64,000 nucleotides of DNA, taken from Schizochytrium sp. TIO01. Taxonomy: Eukaryota; Protista; Bigyra: Labyrinthulomycetes. The stretch spans positions 5,000,862 through 5,064,861 of the forward strand of contig SMSO01000025.1 of assembly GCA_004764695.1 (NCBI GenBank). Direction: 5' to 3'. A model generated the notes under the pieces. The model saw only the letters and a list, made by a program, of their open reading frames with translations. It was not told the DNA's origin and searched no databases. Position 1 is the stretch's first letter, and each line of letters begins with the position of its first letter. The translations under genes were made by a program, and so were the position numbers. Shown piece by piece: positions 12,413 through 24,750 of this stretch.

Positions 12413-14949
12413 GCACAATGAGAAAGAAAGCACGAAACAAAGAAAAGTAAAGTAAAAGAAATACTTATCCACAATTATAAGAGAAGAGAAAGAAAGGGAA
12501 AAGAAAAGAGCAAGAAATTGAAAGGTCTCTTCGCACAGCGCTTGGAAGAAAGAGAGTTCATATTTTTCGTTTGTTTTGGTTTGCTTTGTTTTTAAAACTA
12601 TCTTTTAAACATTTTTTTAAAATAAAATAAGACTAACAATGATAATGATGATAATAATAATGAACAAATGAGTAAAATTCTGAAGTAAAACTAGTAGATT
12701 TATGAGTTATTTTTTTACTTATTCTAAAGTATTTGTTTTACTCACTCACTCATTCATTCATTCATTCATGCATTCACCCGTTCGCTCGCTCGCTCGAAAC
12801 CGGAAAACCAATACAACGCAGGTACATTAGGTCACCACGCTATGTAAAGCCTCCTGAGAAGTAGAGAAGTTGGCAGCAGCTATAGAGCATTCTTGAAGGA
12901 GTTTCTTCCCTCTTACCACTTAAAGTCCAACTTATGTTGGTCCTCAAGGTCTGCAGTGCGAAACCTATCATTATAACACCGTGGTGTGAGTTATGTATTT
13001 AGTAGTAGTTGTTGTAGCCATAGTAATACAGCACCGATTGTGTCGTTCTCCTATATCCTCCCTTTGGATCGCTCGCTTGAAGTGACTCGGGCAAAGCTTT
13101 CTTCGTTCTTTCGTAGGACGAGTCTTCATGAGTGAATGAATATTCATGACTGGATATCTCTGGTGCATTGATGCCTCTTCTGTTGTAAAAAGAAACCTTG
13201 AATACTTCGAAGATTGTAAACACCAGAAGATAGATTCTTCACTGCACTGCGTTGGGTTTCGAGTGCTCAAGATCTGGCAGCGCTGCACCGCAGATTACTC
13301 AGTCTGGGCTGTCGGCCAGGCAGTCAGCAAACATCACGGTGCTCAAAAGAAAGAGATCGAAAGTAGAAAAGATGTTGAACTCGTAACTTGAATGAATCAC
13401 TGCGACTGTTAAAACTACCTAGTTCTATCCCACCAGAACTTCAACTACTCTACCTAATTAAAGTTAAATTATTACTTTACTTTACTTACTTTCCTTTACT
13501 CGCCCGTGGTAGTACCTACCTAGCTACCAATTATACTTTACTTTAGTACACAGGTGCACGTGCACGCGCTGCACAGTATTCAAGTTTTTAAAAATACAAA
13601 TAACTAACTAACATACTCTTTCTCCTTCTCACTTTTGGGTGCTACAAAGAGTGCTTTTCTTTTTCTTTCTTTATCTACAAATGAAAGGGAAATAGATTAA
13701 AACTTGTAAAAGCATTGTTCTACATTATGTTTGTACCTGGTACCAGTTGTTAGGTAGGTATTGATGACCACTTAGTTTTTATTGCGAATAACAGATTATT
13801 TGTGTATAGTAACTCTGCTTGTTTGTGGGCTAAATTGATAGTTGATCATCGATAGACATGAATCGCTTGCAAACAGTAGATTCGTGACAGGTATATATAT
13901 ACATACGTATGAAGATGATGATTGAAACCTGTTCCCGGGCAAATTACTGTTTGAGTACTCGTTGACTTATCAAGAAAATCTCCATAGCGGTTTGATTCAC
14001 TGATCAGGGTGGAGAAACGGCTGCCACCACTTCTCAAATTCTCTCAATTGTGCCGCCAGTGTCCCAGAAATGTTTCTAATGTGCGTGCAATCGCAGGACC
14101 TGCCTAGCTAGAGCTAGCTAGGCATATCTACCTACCTGCCTAGGTGCCCATCAGTTTTCATGCGAACTAATTCTGTGGTTATTCCAACAATAACTTGAGC
14201 TTTGTTGAGCAAGCATTCTCTTGGTCTTGCTTCTTTCCTTTAATGACCTGAGCGCTCAACGAGCAGTCTACCTCCCCCTTTCATTGCCTCCTCCTGAGTT
14301 TTCGCCACTGGAACTTGAACCTCGCGCGCTCGCTGACTGCCTGGCTGGCTGGTGGGCCGCAGGAGGTAGCGGCGAGCGCTGTGGCCACCACCTCGGCCAC
14401 CATCTTAACAACAACGCGACAAGAGCATCTCACATCATATTACTTTCTCAGTCAGTCACAGAACGAGCTTCGAGTACTTTAGAACTACGAGTATTTCTAG
14501 TGCCATCTGCGCGATGCTGATGGAGCAGCGATAGCCACTTGAAGTTATAAAGCTGTGAGAGTGTATATATGAGGCGTCGAACAATTCGTCCACGTCCATC
14601 TTGAAACTGGTCTTTACAACAATAAGGTTTCTGCACGTGCAGAATTCGCCAAAGTCAAGAGAACTTGGCGAAACTGAATAAAATTATGAATAAGAAACTA
14701 CGCTTCAAGCTTTCTTGCAAAACTGAGAATTCCTCAAGGACGGATCGAGCTGAAGATGCTGCTGTGAATTCCCCTTGCTTTATAAGTTATAAGAGCGAGC
14801 GCTCCGATGAAGGAGAAAATGAGGAAGGCCGTTCCGCACACCCCGAAGAAGCTTCAAATGGGTTTTCTTTCCCCTTTTTTCTTCTCTCTTCTTCTAGGTA
14901 GTAAAATAAAATTCTTTTTTCATTATCATAGAATATACTTTGTTTAATT

Positions 14950-14981
<32 letters not shown>

Positions 14982-16815
14982 AATAATAAGCGCTTAGCAG
15001 CAGCAGCGCAGCAAGTTCTGCCTCGCAGAAACACTGGTCAAACAGGAAAACTATTTAGTACCAGGTGCAGCAACAACGACAAGATCAATTGCAGCACTTG
15101 ATAGCAAAGCTGCGACGACGCAGCGCAGGAACGAACCTTATTAAAGGTCAATTAGTATTGGTTGAGCTATCAGGCGCCATTCTTTTTTACTTTCAACGTT
15201 CTTCCTCTCCTCAAAAAGAATATAAACAACATTCTTGCTCGCTGACAGACAGATATCCATACTACATCCTCAAACTTTTTAGCCTGAGCCAGAACCCCAT
15301 TGAAGGAAGCTCAGCTGGTAAACTCGACTGGTATACATAGGTACATGAGCAGGTGCAGGTGGGCGAGCGAGCGAGCGAGTGAGCGAGGTAAAACTACGTG
15401 CCTGCGCCGACTTCTTTCTAAGCCCGCGAGACAACCACGCAAAATTAATTCGATTTGCTTTACTTTGCTTTGCTTTACTTTGCTTTGTCTTTCTTTGATT
15501 TCTTTTCTTTGTCTTTCAAGATTTGCTCTTTGGTTACTAGTGAGTGCGACTTGTGGATGGATCTCGCAGGAACCTAGAGCACAAGCAAGCTCCGGCGCAG
15601 AGGTGGCGGGAAATGAGAATGAATGAGGGAAGCTTTGCGTACCGCAAATGCTGTGCATGAATGCCTCCCTTGGCGCATGAACAGCTCCTTTTGCTATAAT
15701 TAGAGAGCTGTCTGACATGTAAATTGGCCAGCTATTCCGAAGACCCCTTTGAGCTTGAAACTAATGCTAAAGCTCGATGCAGCACCGGCATCACTTAAGA
15801 ACTGGTCGAAAGAGTCAGCATAGCCGAGACGACAAACGAGCGAGCAAGCAAGCTTCAAAGAAGCCTCAAAGATGCTTCATAGGTAGGAAGGTACTTTCTC
15901 CTAGTTTGCGAACCCTTTCAAGCATGCATGCATGCATGCATGCATGCACCGAGCTTGTAGTTGACCTCGTTGTTATCGCCACCAGCTTTGCTGCAGATTG
16001 ATATGTGAATGCAATTATTTATTCGAAGCCACCTTCATTCTCAACAGCTGTGGCCATGATGTCATGTCATGAGAAAACCTGCTTCGAGTTGGATACAAAG
16101 TGCCACTATTTTAAAGACAGCAAACTAACAATGATTTAAGTAGAGGAATGAAAAGTCAACTTCATCAAAAGTAAAAAATTGAACTTTCAATATATTTTAA
16201 AATAAATAAATAAATAAGGAGACTAGTCGGCACCTAGGCTTTCTACATAACTAAAAAGTACGCACGGAAGAAAAATAAAGTCAGATGGATTCACGACGGT
16301 GTGTGCACTCGCTCGTTCGCACACCTTGGGGACTTATTCATACATGTAATCGCTCAATTTACTGCATCGAGGTAGTCAACCATGAAACCTCTTCAGGTGC
16401 AGCTCCCCACTGGCGTGTTATATGACCACGATTAAGGCAGCAAGAATGGTGAAGTGAGCAAGGCTCACGTCTTCACATATTTGCAAACTATGTGAGAAGC
16501 GGTGTCTTTCTTGTCTCTTGAATCATTTGGCAGGGCGTGTCTACGGATACCCTATTCTTAATTCTTCGTAAAAAAAGAATGAAGGAAAGAAAACTTGACT
16601 CCATAAGAGCTTCCTATTACCCTTTTTGTTTCTTAGAAAAAAAAGAAAGAAAAAAAAAGGCCATATCATAATTACATATTTTTCTTTCTATAGGAGATAT
16701 ATCATAAAAATAATTTAAAGTAATTTGAAATAATACAAATACGAATATCAATTAAATAGTAGTTTTCTACTTCTTTAGATGACTTGGAGTGAGATTATGT
16801 TACAGAAAGTTTAGA

Positions 16816-16847
<32 letters not shown>
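16816..16847. repeat. (GAT)n microsatellite
   Basis: About 10 perfect units. Confidence 0.9.
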
Positions 16848-19747
16848 GTACCACCAAGAGAAATTATTGATTGCGAGATCATGCCTACTCCATGGAACTC
16901 TCAAGCTACAAAATAATTTCCTTCGACCACTTTGCAAAAGATATTTGGCGGGGCCATACATAGGATTCATGAGTACAATCACAGATTTTCTCAAAGCGTG
17001 ACACGTGGTGTTAGTCAATAGAACAAAGTCTTGAAGAGCTTCACAGGATAATCTCATCCTTGATTCTCACCGTCTTGTGATGGGCTTGAAGTTCTCCGGC
17101 GACTGCGAAGCTCGATTGATTGTGATATTTGGTAGACACATAAGCACAGAGGTCGCATCGACAAGCTGACATGACAAGCGACACGAGCGAATCTCTCGAG
17201 GCTCATCGATTCGCTGAAAGATATTTGCCTTCCTCGCCATCGCCAGCGCTATCGATGGGGCGAGGCTATTTTATGTCAGGTAGAAAGTAAGGCACCTACC
17301 TACAGTGACACCATCTGCAACCTGTACGTCAAAGGCCATGAGGCACGTGGCCCGTTACGGAGGATGGCATAAACTGCTGTTCTGATCATCAGTATCTTGT
17401 GAATAGCTTTGACAGCGCTTGGAATCACTCGCAGCGGTTGCGCGTGACGGGCGGAGTAGAAGAACTTGGCACGCGGCTCTCCCGGCTGAATGTGCTCTGC
17501 GTCGAGCTACCAATAAGAGCAAATTTCGAATGAGCAGAAGCTCAAGACTCTGAGAATGGACTTCGCGGCCTCCTCCCAAAGTGAAGATACACGCTATCGA
17601 GCCAAGTCAGCCAACTAGTCAGACCCATGTGGGAGATGGCCGGGTCTAGGTGGTACGATAGTTGCTTGGAATAATTGAAACTGACCTTAGATCAGGAGAA
17701 TCAGGATAGACAAATACATCTTGAAAATCTGCGTTGGAGATTATAATGGTAATGACAAGAGCAAAGCTGTTAGGAATGATTCTATCGTCTTTTGTTTTTT
17801 GTTATTTTGCATAGAGAGCCGTTTCTCCCTTTTTGAAATTCTGTTGTATTTTATGTCTCGCTAACGCTTTTGCTTTGAATGCAAAATTCTGAGAAGGCTT
17901 TTAGTTGGCACTTTCAGACATTCTCCCTGTAGATTGAAGAGATTCTTGTCCGTATGACCAAAACAGTAACCAACAATGGAACTTTCTGTGATCTACCCTG
18001 GAAGCTTTAGACCAGCAGTGTGAAGTATTTAGAGTTATAGCTCACATAGGTTGGTGCTTGATTTGACTAAGCGCAAACTGCGCTCGAAACGATCTAGTTT
18101 GGCTTTGCCGATTGACTTTTGCTACACAATCTTAAGTAGCTTTTGTCCAATATGTTTTCTTTAATAGCGATCAATTCAGCCAGCAGCTAAACTTCCGAAC
18201 AACTTCTCACCGAAGTATATCAAGACTCATAAGACTCATATTTCCCCCGATTTTTGAAATCGCAACAACTAATCAGTCAGAGCTACTGTGGAAGCTAATG
18301 TTACGATAACGTCTTGATCCCCATCGTTACTCGTACTCATATACCGGTTGCTTGATAATTTAATCCCTGTGGTGTCGTAACGCGGTAGACAAAATACACA
18401 AAAAGGATTGAATACATAAGTCTCGGTTTGGATTCATGGAGTCAAGAGAGGCAAATGCTTTTTTCTGGAACACGATATTAAAGTCTGTTTTTCTCAATCG
18501 TTGTAGCTAAAATACCAGAAACATGAACAAAGTACTCACATCATTTGTGAATATTTCCAAACTCGTATACGAAACGACCACATTAAAGAAACCTGGGTGA
18601 GTGTTTGTCAAATTTAAGAATGGGCTTTGGAATGATTCAAGAACGAGGAGTGAAGGTAGGAGAGCTAAACGGCTCACGCTTGTGAGTTTTCTCGAAGTAG
18701 ATTTTACGGAATTCAGCCTGAAAATAACTTATAACCTTTCCACTCCTTGGTAGTAGATACCTCTCAGCTAGTGATATGACCCTGACCTTTATCCTATCTA
18801 ATAAAGAAATCAACACATGTCTTCTGATACCATAAAAACTTGATTGCGCAATGCACTGAGCTCGAACGGTTCCATACTTCGCATGACCTCACGAAGATTA
18901 TTGTGGTACTTAGAGCCCTGGGTAGAGAAGATATTGAGATCCCAGATACCTACATCCTAAGCAGCACAGGAATCTATAATCCATCGGCATGAATTGTTTG
19001 TTAATATCAAAATTAATATAGCCTCCACTTTCAACAATTGACATTGATGGCTTATAAAAAGATTTGTCATTCTCACTCACGAATGGAGTCTTCAAACTGA
19101 ATATAAGCTCCAGACTTAGGCATGTTGCTGGATGCCTTGTGGTACTCAGAGATGGCAAATATCCTAAGCTTATGTTTAAAACGGGACGACATGGTTTCGG
19201 GAGCGGTCGTACCGGGGTACTATCATCGCACGCGCATAAAGCTGTCCTGAAAATTCGTATCAAGTAGCCTCATTACCCCCGAGAAAGCTTATCCACCTAC
19301 ATAATCACTCGGTTTGCTTGTACTTTACATCTGGAAATATAAATTGGTTTTGGCACTACTTAGAAACTATATGAGCTACCAAGTATAGATGTTCACAGAG
19401 AACTTTATGTCCATTCTACCTCTCTGCAAATGATAACCTTTCATTAGTCTCCAAAACACTACTTTTATTAGTCCAATCCGTAAGCTATTATTGTCTACGT
19501 TTTTGTACCATTAAATTATTGTTATAGTTACTGTAAAATTATGCCCTTTTCAGTTGGCCCTGCTAGTACCTTTGTTGGTGGTCTTTCATGACCCAAGTTC
19601 AACGCACCTTTGTTGCTCCTTATGATCAACTAGGCGTACCTAGGGCTATCAGAAGCCCAAACTCATCACTTTTGAGATTAGAACCCGAAGATCAGTCTAA
19701 GTCACGGCTTGCGTGGAAAACCAAGGTGAGGTTTACAGACTTAGAAG

Positions 19748-22063
19748 ATGGACTTGTTTGCGCTGGAGAGGCAAATTCGCGCGAAGGAACGAGAATTGGC
19801 GCAAGAGGTCCGCGCCGGGGAGGTGGACCCATCGTCGCCGTTTGCAGCATTACGCTGTGAAAGACTTTACCGGACGGTGACTGCGCTGCGAAAACGCCGC
19901 ACAGAACTCTTAGATAGTGCACGGAAAGGCGAAGCTCATGTTGTCCCCACATCCGGCACTAACTTACACAATCTCCACGGTGTCTCCTTCGAGCATGAGA
20001 GTACGTCCTCGCGCATGGAGCGGTTAAAAACTGCCTCTCAAAAAACCTACCCCAATGTTAGGAGCAATGGCATGTCCAACAGCAAAGAAAATCGATATTT
20101 GGCCGAGCCTAAGAAGGCACGGGCTCAAGCAGATAAGTTCGATGAGAATCGCCATCCAAATCTTCAATCGTCACCACATACAAGATCCTGGCAGGACCAT
20201 GAAAATTATGTAGATAGATTCCTAGACGAGGAGTATCAACATCATGGAGGATCTTGGGCCAACCCCAAAGCCGGCCCGCTTCCAGCATATCGAATGCATC
20301 CACGGGCAGAGCAATGGTTGCAGCCAACGCAAGAGGACCCACAAATTGTTGATGCAGGAGAGTGGGAGTGGCACGGACGCACCCTCCGAGTCATGAAGAA
20401 TGTAGTCTATAGCGACAGTGAGATTTTGGAAAGGTTGCTTGCCAAGGCACGGGCGCTAGAGCTGAAGCTGGCAGAACTGGAGGCCGAAAAGTCAGCACGG
20501 CAGACATCCCCTGTTGAGACAACGTGGTCAGATGAGACAAAGGAAACCGTTGCTCGAGGAGAAGAGATAGGAGAAGAACGTGCACGTGTTAGAGAAGCTG
20601 CACGTGAGCAACTGCGCAAACGAGCTGCTCTTCTACGCGAAGAATATCAGCACAATAGTGCAATTCTAGTACAAAGCACGTTCCGAGGATTTCTCGGACG
20701 TCGCAAAATGCGTGAGGCTCGAGAGAAGTACGCAAAGGCTATTCGCGAGGCAGGTGCCACCAGTATCCAGTGCCAATTCCGAAGTTTCATGGCACGCAGA
20801 CAAGTGCGTATACGGAAAGCAGAACTTGAGAAAGATCTCCAGCACGCGTCTGCTGTAGTCATTCAAAGCACCTACCGTGGAGCTTTGGCTCGACGGAGAT
20901 TTCGTGAAGCCAAAGCTCCTAGTGAGCGGGAAGAGGCAGCGGCATGCCTTATTCAGGCTTGGTGGCGCGGCTGTTGTGGTCGCCAAGAGGTGTTGACACG
21001 TCGTCAAAGATACATCCAGGAGCTTGAGGAAGTCGCCGCAGTAATGGTTCAAACAGCGTGGAGGGGACATAAAGCACGCCGCGAGAAGGACCGACTCCTC
21101 GCGGCTCGTAGACATGAACAAGAGCTTGCTGCTGCCATAATGTTTCAAAGTGCTTGGCGAGGATATCAAGCACGAAAAAAAGTCGATAAGCTACGTCGAG
21201 AAATCGAGGATACTGACTTTGAGATCAAATCTAAAGAATATACTGAGAATGTGAAGAAGGCATTCTATGTTAAGGGTTTTCTCAATGTGGAGCAGCGTGC
21301 GGCCGTTTGCATCCAATGTTGCGCAAGAGGATTTCTAGAGCGCAAACGTCTTACGTTGCGAAAATCGAAACTCGCGCAGCGTGCCAAAGAAGACGCCGAG
21401 ATTGATCGTATGATCGAAGAAGAGCGTGCTCGACGTGAGCTCAATGAAGACCTCGAAGAAACGATTGAAGTTCCCAAAATAGTTTATGAAGATACGTTGG
21501 ATCTACCTATTCAATGGTCCGATGGTTTTAAAGACATGACCAAGGTGCATATAGTGGTGCGAGAAAAACGCTCGCCTTACCAGCTTCGCATTGAAGCCGA
21601 AGAAGGTACTACTCACACAAAATTCTATCGTATGATTGACACTTCAGTACTCGAACAACTTCTTTTGCCTGTGTTTTCTGATGCAAACAGTAACCATGTA
21701 TTTTTTCAAAACAATGGAAATAGAAGAGCCGGCTCTATTGAAAGTGATGCGCAGCCAATGATTGACTGGGTTCTCTACGGTGAGCCTCCTCGGCGCAAGC
21801 ATCTTATTGCCTGGATCCTCAATCGCATGTGGATTGATCAACCAATTCCGAACGGAGCACTTGAGCTTTGCCTCGGAAGCTTCTCTAATGCTGACCACTT
21901 AAATAAGACAATGACGCCTGCAATACCACCATCATCACCGTTTCACAGTCGCCAGCGCCAGCAACATTCTAATTCTCAGGCACAAGATAATGTCTCACGA
22001 CAAACCAGCAAACCTATTCGTCAGGCCTTTAAGGTCAAATACCGAAAAGATGTTTCAGAATGA
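19748..22063 (+). CDS. Coiled-coil protein with ~7 IQ calmodulin-binding motifs, 771 aa
   Basis: Repeated [IVF]QxxxRGxxxR motifs (VQSTFRGFLGRR, IQSTYRGALARR, VQTAWRGHKARR, FQSAWRGYQARK etc.) in a long ATG-initiated ORF. Confidence 0.88.
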   Translation: MDLFALERQIRAKERELAQEVRAGEVDPSSPFAALRCERLYRTVTALRKRRTELLDSARKGEAHVVPTSGTNLHNLHGVSFEHESTSSRMERLKTASQKTYPNVRSNGMSNSKENRYLAEPKKARAQADKFDENRHPNLQSSPHTRSWQDHENYVDRFLDEEYQHHGGSWANPKAGPLPAYRMHPRAEQWLQPTQEDPQIVDAGEWEWHGRTLRVMKNVVYSDSEILERLLAKARALELKLAELEAEKSARQTSPVETTWSDETKETVARGEEIGEERARVREAAREQLRKRAALLREEYQHNSAILVQSTFRGFLGRRKMREAREKYAKAIREAGATSIQCQFRSFMARRQVRIRKAELEKDLQHASAVVIQSTYRGALARRRFREAKAPSEREEAAACLIQAWWRGCCGRQEVLTRRQRYIQELEEVAAVMVQTAWRGHKARREKDRLLAARRHEQELAAAIMFQSAWRGYQARKKVDKLRREIEDTDFEIKSKEYTENVKKAFYVKGFLNVEQRAAVCIQCCARGFLERKRLTLRKSKLAQRAKEDAEIDRMIEEERARRELNEDLEETIEVPKIVYEDTLDLPIQWSDGFKDMTKVHIVVREKRSPYQLRIEAEEGTTHTKFYRMIDTSVLEQLLLPVFSDANSNHVFFQNNGNRRAGSIESDAQPMIDWVLYGEPPRRKHLIAWILNRMWIDQPIPNGALELCLGSFSNADHLNKTMTPAIPPSSPFHSRQRQQHSNSQAQDNVSRQTSKPIRQAFKVKYRKDVSE

Positions 22064-22763
22064 TTAACGAAATTTAATCTGTGGTGATCTACTTTTTCTG
22101 ATGTAGCACCTGTTTCGAAAACTAATTATTCACTCTCTTCGCTCTACTTTCATTTACTTCGTTCTGGTTGTGTGTTGTTTTAGAATCATTTATTGTCTCT
22201 CTTACTCTCTTTCTCTCTATATAGAAAGAAAGAGGAGGAAGAGCTCCCAGTTTTAGATTTTGCTGAAAAGTATATTGAGCGATGGAGCTACTTACTTGGA
22301 CCTTTAATTCTTTGGCCTCGGGTAGCTAGAAATAACGAAGAGGCATACTTCAACATCACAGCGACTGAAAGGTTATGGAGATATGAGGGATCATCTTATT
22401 TTCATGACATCCGCATAAGATATTTGTTTGGTTACGCTTGGAATTAATCTTAGTCTTGCACTGCTACGATGAAGATTCTATTTTCTGTTCTTCATAACAA
22501 ACCATCACTTTATTAGCTTGATATTGAGGTCTCTCCGCTCCCAGTGACGCGCATTTCTGGCGACATAAGTCTATAAAGGATCTAGAGCACCAGTAAAGGT
22601 TCACTCAAATTAAATTTGTAAGTTATTCTTTTTGAGGTCTTCGCTACGGAAAAGAACCAACAAGCAAGAGATATGCAGAAGGTTAATCGGAAAAGGTGAG
22701 GTTCCCTCTCACCTACTCTTTCTAAAGTTTCATCAAATTTTATTGTTGTGTTTACGTCAATTT

Positions 22764-24750
22764 TTAAAAAGCTTTGGATTTCTTGCCACCCTCAACAAGC
22801 ATGATACTGTCCTTATCAACCTCAGGGAAGTATTCGAGAATAAGATCAGGCATCTCGTAGCTGTAGTCACCCTGAATATCGATGGATTGCTTGCCATTGG
22901 GAAGCTTGTTGACGGTAGAACCACAAGCAAAGCGACGTCCCAGCTTCTTAGCGGCATCCTTGAGTTTGATATTGTATGCATCGAGACCCACCACGCTGGT
23001 GACGAACTTGCGCTTCTGACGCTGCGAACGCTCAATCGTTACAGTCTTGTCTTTGCCAGTTGCAGCAGAAGCATGCTGCTTGTTGGGTGCGCCAGCACCG
23101 CCACGCTTCTTGGCGGCGCTTGGCACATCTGCAAGCTCTCCACCTTCGGCACGAATGGCGGCAGCAACCTGGGCAACAGTCTTACCCTTCTTGGTGGTGA
23201 GCTTAAGGTTGGGGAAGTTTTGCTCGAGCCAAGGGAGAGAGGCTGTGAACGTCGGGAGGTACTCACAGTATTCGGGCGGCATGCCGTCCACAGGGCAATA
23301 CACAATCTCGCGTAAGTGCGAGCCTTCGTTGGTGAGGATCATCTCACCAAAGCTCTCAACGAGCTCCTCGAAGTCCTCCTCTTCCTCCTCTTCATCATCA
23401 TCGTCATCTTGGCCATCATCATCACTCTCAATTTCGGGCTCCGGGCCATACTTATCAATGAGGGCATTCATGAGCTTCTCTTCGTTCTTGGGGTTGCCAT
23501 TAGTACGTTCAACAAGCTTATCGACATCAGAGATCTTCTCAGGGGCGTACTTGTTATAGAAACGCACAACACGGCCACGGAAAGTCCAGTCTACGCCGTC
23601 GTCGCCATCATCATCTTCGTCATCGTCATCATCAGAGGCTTCCTCATCGTCCCCGACCTCCTCGTTATCGTCGTCACCGCCTTCCTCCGGGGTCTCAGGC
23701 TCGTCGCCATACTTCTCGACAAGCATGGCCATAAGGCGCTCCTCGTAGTTGGCCTTGCCCTTGGTGCGAGTTACAAGGTTGTCAACCTTTGAAAGCTTTG
23801 ACGGGTTGTAGTGCTTATAGAAGGCACGCACGCGCTTACGAAGACCCTCAGGGTCGCTCACGAGAGGTTCTGGGCCGTACTTATCGGTCAGGGCCTCCAT
23901 GAGCTTCTGCTCGTTCTGAGCCTTGCCTTGAGTCTTGGCAAGGAGCTTGTCCACATCGCCAATCTTTTCTGGCTGATAGCTGTCGTATAGTGAATTCACC
24001 GTGAGCACGTCAATTTAAGACAATAAGCAATAGAGATACACATGTTAGTGACTACATCGTTTTTTTTCATCCCAGCTCCCACTTCCGAGCCTACACGGCA
24101 TCCCTAGATTAATCAACAACACAAATCTCTTCTCAATGCCTTAATGAGGTCTACATGGAGTGGCTTTAAACAGGAGAAAACTCAGGAACTGATAAAATGT
24201 TATCTTCGCACTCTATTTATAAAAAATGCTCAGATCATCGAATTTAAGATCTCACGTGTTCATTCAGCCCTAAGACACCTATTTGAGTCACTCTCCCAAT
24301 TTATAACTTCTGTCTCTGGTCATATGTGTACGCAGCTGACCCATACTCTTCAAAAAGGGACCAAAAATCCATCCTTGTGTGCTTTGTATCCATCCTATTC
24401 TCACAGGACGCAAGACAAAAGCACTAACAAGACGCAGCTTTTCATCGACCGGGTAAGCAACTGCAAACAAAATGCAAATAAGAACACAGGCTGCAAACCT
24501 GCTCAAAATGCCACGCATTGCATGTTCTCTCTACATTAGTCAGGGGGGCACGTAGACAAACATCTGTGTTTAGATATAGATATAATATATACTGCTCTGC
24601 TGTTGCTGCTAGTCTGCATGCTCCCCCCGTCCATCCGCTCTCATAGGGCACTGAGACCGCCGCTGCTAGGTTTGGAGCGCCCACACTGGCCTGACGCACC
24701 ACTTACTGCTCATAGAAGCGCACGAGGCGCGCGCGGAAGTCGCCCGACAT
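22764..24750 (-). CDS. DENR: Density-regulated protein (DENR/Tma22, SUI1 domain) with three N-terminal 49-aa repeats; exons 24750-24707 and 23979-22764, ~419 aa
   Basis: YC..D.MPPEYCEY..WL segment plus SUI1 domain (RQKRKFVTSVVGL, FACG, IDIQGD). Exon 1 (MSGDFRARLVRFYE) with a GTAAGT donor at 24706 splices to acgacAG at 23980, completing repeat 1 in register with repeats 2 and 3. Confidence 0.92.
24308..24434 (-). ncRNA. Candidate intronic H/ACA-type sno/scaRNA
   Basis: Two hairpins on the transcribed strand with G-U pairs. The 3' hairpin (UUUUGGUC/GACCAGAG, internal pocket, GUAUG/CGUAC) is followed directly by ACA, 14 nt from the upper stem. The 5' hairpin has UGAG in its apical loop. Confidence 0.5.

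Noticed and set aside
14278-14403. 40-codon minus-strand ATG ORF as first exon of the PH-SAM gene
   Set aside because: It ends in a stop with no good donor in phase.
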